Below, piece after piece: positions 60,499-64,000 of a stretch of DNA of 64,000 nt (position 1 is the stretch's first letter; each line of letters opens with the position of its first letter). The stretch is taken from contig CAMOYS010000001.1 in the NCBI GenBank assembly GCA_946630435.1, forward strand, positions 7,433 to 71,432. The letters are read 5' to 3'. Below the pieces are notes generated by a model. It was not told the DNA's origin. It did not search any database and worked only from the letters and a program-made list of their open reading frames with translations. The translations under genes and the position numbers were made by a program. This DNA comes from an uncultured Bacillales bacterium (lineage in GTDB: Bacteria > Bacillota_I > Bacilli_A > RFN20 > CAG-826).

Positions 60499-60526
60499 TT
60501 TGGCACTGTCAACACCTAAGTGCTAA
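60499..60526 (-). promoter_or_regulatory. CIRCE operator 2 (HrcA binding site)
   Basis: TTGGCACTG-N9-AAGTGCTAA, a second inverted repeat with 9-nt spacing, about 20 bp upstream of CIRCE 1. Confidence 0.65.
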
Positions 60527-60598
60527 AAAGATGAAAAATTTGTGCTTACTTAAGTAAAAAGAAAGAAATATGAGGTTAAGTCACTAAGAAGTCACCTC

Positions 60599-60638
60599 TT
60601 TGAGACAAATTTTCCCAAAAGTGGCATCCCCTATTTCC
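60599..60638. repeat. motif copy 6 (TTTGAGACAAATTTTCCCAAAAGTGGCATCCCCTATTTCC)
   Basis: It lies in the divergent hrcA/gmk-like region, upstream of the CIRCE elements. Confidence 0.7.
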
Positions 60639-60669
60639 TTTTTTCTTAAAGATAGTTTAAGATATTTGC

Positions 60670-61200
60670 ATGATAGTTATTACAGGTGCCTCTGCTACTG
60701 GTAAAAGTGTTGCGGCTAAAGGCTTAGAACAATACGGCTTTAAAAAAGCAATAACCACCACCACAAGACTTCCTCGTGAAGGTGAAGTTGATGGTGTGGA
60801 TTATTTCTTTGTTTCTAAAGAAGAGTTCGAAAAACGCATTAAAGAAAATAAGCTTGTTGAATACACTTTATATAATGAAAATTATTATGGCTGCGGAGTG
60901 GACCAAGTTAGCGATGATAAAGTAATTGTTACTGATCCAAATGGTTTACACGCCTTTAAAAGACTTAATAAAGGTAACCTAGTTACTTTCTTACTTTTAT
61001 GCGATGATGTAACAAGAAAAGAAAGAATGATTCATCGCGGTGATAAAGAAGATAAAATCATTGAAAGACTCACTAATGATAAAAAAGACTTCGACCGCAA
61101 TGTTATCGGCGAAGTTGATTTTGAGATTGATACTAGAAACTTATCTAAACAAGCTACTATCGATAGAATTTATAATCTATATTTAACTAAAGTTAAATAA
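60670..61200 (+). CDS. guanylate kinase family protein
   Basis: 176 aa with a P-loop (ITGASATGKSV) and the TTRxPRxGEVDGVDYFF motif. It is shorter than a typical Gmk, so it may be a Gmk-like paralog. Confidence 0.65.
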   Translation: MIVITGASATGKSVAAKGLEQYGFKKAITTTTRLPREGEVDGVDYFFVSKEEFEKRIKENKLVEYTLYNENYYGCGVDQVSDDKVIVTDPNGLHAFKRLNKGNLVTFLLLCDDVTRKERMIHRGDKEDKIIERLTNDKKDFDRNVIGEVDFEIDTRNLSKQATIDRIYNLYLTKVK

Positions 61201-62065
61201 GTTCTTCTAAACCTTCAAAATGAGTAACTCCTGAAAAGGGAGTTTTTATTTTCTTTGGATAACCACCTGTATGGAATAATCCTCGAGGAACGATATAGTC
61301 TAAGCTCACTCTATTTTCTAAGGTAGCATCTAAAATAATAAGCCCTGCTTTTTCGGGATTATTACCAATTATATTCATAACTTTTGTTCCAATTTTAGCG
61401 AAGAATTTACCGAACTTTGAATCATTATTCTTAAGGATATTTGTGCCACTTATTCCAGGCGCGACATTAATGATTCTTAAATCTTTATTATCTCTAGCAA
61501 GGATTATCGAATAGTCCATTAGATAATGCTTACTTTCTGAATAAATCTTATGGTTTTCCTTCTTATAATAGATTCGTTTATTAATTTGATGCATAAGTTT
61601 AACCTTACTTCTCGCGCATGAATTAACAAAGATTAAGGAAGTGTTATGTTCCCTAAAATAATCTAATAGACCCTCCGTAATTCTGACTGGACCAATAAAA
61701 TTGGTCGCAAGTGTGTAGTTATAGCCTTCTTTGGATTTTATATCGTTACGAGGAATATACACTCCAGCGTTAAAAACAAAGTAATCAAGATGGGTTTCTT
61801 TTACTTTATTAACAAATTCATTAATTGATTCTTTATCAACTTGATCAAGCTTTAATAAAGTGATTTCAGCGTCTTTAAATTCTTCTTTAAGCTTCTTTAT
61901 TGCGTTATTTCCTTTATCTAGGTTACGGACCGCCATAAAAAGATGAGCTTTTTTAGAAAGAACTAAACGCGCAAATTCAAAACCAAGCCCTGTGTTTGAG
62001 CCGGTAATTAAAATATTCTTTCCTTCTAATAAAGGAAATCTATCTATATATTTTTGATATCTCAT
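61193..62065 (-). CDS. short-chain dehydrogenase/reductase (SDR)
   Basis: 290 aa with the Rossmann TGSNTGLG motif and an SDR core. Confidence 0.75.
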   Translation of the reverse strand: MRYQKYIDRFPLLEGKNILITGSNTGLGFEFARLVLSKKAHLFMAVRNLDKGNNAIKKLKEEFKDAEITLLKLDQVDKESINEFVNKVKETHLDYFVFNAGVYIPRNDIKSKEGYNYTLATNFIGPVRITEGLLDYFREHNTSLIFVNSCARSKVKLMHQINKRIYYKKENHKIYSESKHYLMDYSIILARDNKDLRIINVAPGISGTNILKNNDSKFGKFFAKIGTKVMNIIGNNPEKAGLIILDATLENRVSLDYIVPRGLFHTGGYPKKIKTPFSGVTHFEGLEELI

Positions 62066-62232
62066 TTACCTAAATAATAAACTGCGATTAATACGCCTAA
62101 AATAGCGAATAAAACAAGAAGGAAACCTAAAGTGATAAAGAAAATAATGCGATCAGTCTTGTTTTTAAGCGAGAATTTCTTTTCATTCTCTGGTCTTTCT
62201 ACCATTTCTTTATTGTTATTAAAACCAAACAT
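62062..62232 (-). CDS. small membrane protein (56 aa) not in the ORF track
   Basis: Translation MFGFNNNKEMVERPENEKKFSLKNKTDRIIFFITLGFLLVLFAILGVLIAVYYLGK, with one transmembrane helix. Its ATG overlaps the upstream CorC stop (TAATG) and its TGA overlaps the SDR start (ATGA). Confidence 0.5.
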   Translation of the reverse strand: MFGFNNNKEMVERPENEKKFSLKNKTDRIIFFITLGFLLVLFAILGVLIAVYYLGK

Positions 62233-63533
62233 TATTCGTTTTCCTTCTTCTTAAATACTTTAACAAGGATTCTTTCAACTGTAAATTCACTTACTTCTAA
62301 AACTTCAAAACGGAGATTCTCATATTTAAGTTTATCCCCTACTTTAGCGAATCTTTCTAACTTATCTATGATAAAGCCACCGATCGTGGTAACATCTAGT
62401 TCTTCTGGCTTTTCAACGTCTACCAGCTCGAAGAAGTCATCGATATTCATTTCCCCACTAATCTCATAATGGTTTTTCTTAATCTTTTTATATGGTTCTT
62501 CTACTTCTTCCATTTCATCAAAGATTTCCCCAACAAGCTCTTCTAAGATGTCTTCCATAGTGAGTAAGCCCGCGGTGCTTCCATATTCATCTTTAACGAT
62601 AACAATATGGTTTTTACTCTTTTTCATTGATTCAAGGATTTCAGAAATACCCATCGAGAATGGAACGTAAACTGGTTCAATAAGCATATTTTCCAGTTGT
62701 TTTCGGCTTATTTTCTCTTTCGCAAGCATCATTCTTAATAGTTTCTTAGTTGGAAGAACACCGAGGATATTATCTAAAGAATCTTTATAAACTGGGATTC
62801 TTGTGTGGTTAAAGATTTCATCATCAAGGAAGACTTTAGTTAAATTATCCTCGATATCAATCGCAAAAACATCGATACGTGGAGTCATAATTTCATGAGC
62901 TTCGGTATCTTTAAAAGTAATCGCGGATTTAACGAGTTCTTCATCATCTTCATCGATTAAACCTTCTTCTTGAATTGTTTCCACCATTTCATGGAGTTCT
63001 TCATCACTATAGCTTTCTTCCTCTTCTTTTGGATCGTTTTTAGTGAATGGATAAGCGCATAAAACTCCAAATTTAGAAGTGACAAAGACCACTGGGAAGA
63101 AGATGTATTTTAATAGTAAAAGAGGATAAGCGAAGAACTTCGCTAAACGATAAGAATACGCTCTTCCGATAACTTTTGGGCATATTTCACCAAAGATTAA
63201 AACTAAAAGAAGTAAGATAATCGACATTAAAGTTGGTGAAAAGTCTTCTAAAGAAGTATTTCTAAAGAGTTCATAACCAAGTAAAGTACCAATCGTAGTC
63301 GCTAAAATGTTCACTAAGTTATTGGAGAAAAGAATCGTTGTGATTGTTTCATCATAAGTATTTGCAAACTTTAAGGCTAGTTTCGCTCTTTTTGATTTAT
63401 CTTTTTTAAGTCTAAGCTTATTAACGCAGCTATAAACCATATCAGAGGCACTAAAGACACCAGAAAGAATGATGGAGATGATGATGATTACGATATAGAT
63501 GATGACTAAGGTCATATTTAATTCAGGATTCAT
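62232..63533 (-). CDS. CNNM/CorC-HlyC family membrane protein (DUF21-CBS pair-CorC_HlyC)
   Basis: 433 aa with an N-terminal 4-transmembrane DUF21, two CBS domains and a C-terminal transporter-associated domain. Confidence 0.85.
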   Translation of the reverse strand: MNPELNMTLVIIYIVIIIISIILSGVFSASDMVYSCVNKLRLKKDKSKRAKLALKFANTYDETITTILFSNNLVNILATTIGTLLGYELFRNTSLEDFSPTLMSIILLLLVLIFGEICPKVIGRAYSYRLAKFFAYPLLLLKYIFFPVVFVTSKFGVLCAYPFTKNDPKEEEESYSDEELHEMVETIQEEGLIDEDDEELVKSAITFKDTEAHEIMTPRIDVFAIDIEDNLTKVFLDDEIFNHTRIPVYKDSLDNILGVLPTKKLLRMMLAKEKISRKQLENMLIEPVYVPFSMGISEILESMKKSKNHIVIVKDEYGSTAGLLTMEDILEELVGEIFDEMEEVEEPYKKIKKNHYEISGEMNIDDFFELVDVEKPEELDVTTIGGFIIDKLERFAKVGDKLKYENLRFEVLEVSEFTVERILVKVFKKKENE

Positions 63534-63534
63534 T

Positions 63535-64000
63535 TTACTTAGTCACCTTATTCTCTTCGCTTATCTTTCCGACAAGCTCTTCTAAAATATCTTCCATCGT
63601 TACCATCCCTATTGTTACATCTCCTTTTTTAACAATAGCGATATGGGTGTGATGTGATTTAAAGCCATCTAAAAGATCATCCACTTTTACTTTGGTTGTG
63701 ACAAAGTATGGCTTTTGAAGCGTGGATAATATCGAAACATTTGGGTTATTTAAGACCGCTTTAATGTAGGATTTAACGTGAAGAATACCAATTACTTTAT
63801 TAATTGAGCCATAAATAACTGGAATTCTTGAATAAGGTGTTCTAATAACGATATCATTGAGCTCTTTTTTAGTGAGCTTTTTAATATCGACGACAAACAT
63901 CTTATTTCTTTTAGTTAAGATTTCATAAACCTCTGTATCATTAAAATCTAATGAGGCGGTAATAATATCGGATTCATTTTCTTCAATGACATCGTCTTCT
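63535..64000 (-). CDS. CBS-domain protein, a paralog of the downstream CorC gene, 5'-truncated by the window edge
   Basis: The frame stays open to the window end. It has a CBS pair and ends at EDILEELVGKISEENKVTK with no CorC_HlyC domain. Confidence 0.6.
   Translation of the reverse strand, partial: EDDVIEENESDIITASLDFNDTEVYEILTKRNKMFVVDIKKLTKKELNDIVIRTPYSRIPVIYGSINKVIGILHVKSYIKAVLNNPNVSILSTLQKPYFVTTKVKVDDLLDGFKSHHTHIAIVKKGDVTIGMVTMEDILEELVGKISEENKVTK

Overview
This is a low-GC (about 30%) stretch of core chromosome from a Firmicutes or wall-less Mollicutes-like bacterium (Acholeplasma or Erysipelotrichia type). It uses the standard genetic code (TGA is a stop) and has AGGAGG-type ribosome-binding sites. 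Almost all of the window is dense housekeeping operons in Bacillus-like order. Left to right: hisS(3' end)-aspS-tkt; asp23-membrane protein-nusB-xseA-xseB-dxs; dinB-xerD-deoB; an ABC substrate-binding lipoprotein plus permease; the yqeG-yqeH-nadD/yqeK-rsfS operon; parC-parE facing plsY; yneF-efp; rpmG; ispG; nfo; a DEAD-box helicase; ispH; nif3-trmK-rpoD-dnaG; glyQS; the recO-era-cdd-ybeY operon, headed here by an unusual C39-peptidase membrane protein; mnmA-dtd-pdp; an RsmB/F-like methyltransferase; two paralogous lipoproteins; nusA-ylxR-infB-rbfA with rimP; hemW; hrcA-grpE-dnaK-dnaJ with two CIRCE operators; lepA; a guanylate-kinase-family protein; an SDR; and tandem CorC/CNNM paralogs. I found no rRNA, tRNA, CRISPR array, prophage or obvious defense island. 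The non-housekeeping signals are: (1) a recurring intergenic motif of about 24-40 bp with a palindromic core TTTGGGAnnnnnTTCCCAAA, at least six copies, often followed by TTCCTAT; (2) a second short repeat, AATTAGTAGTTTTT, beside long non-coding regions; (3) a roughly 440-bp convergent intergenic region carrying a degenerate, roughly 27-bp periodic iteron-like array; (4) a 492-aa protein with a degenerate Fic motif (IKPFEKYNE in place of HPFxDGNGR), plus a small membrane protein, inserted between lepA and hemW; (5) a C39 cysteine-peptidase domain fused to a transmembrane domain with no ABC ATPase, heading the ybeY operon; (6) an rpmG gene (55 aa) that the ORF track missed, and a 56-aa membrane protein translationally coupled between a CorC gene and an SDR gene.
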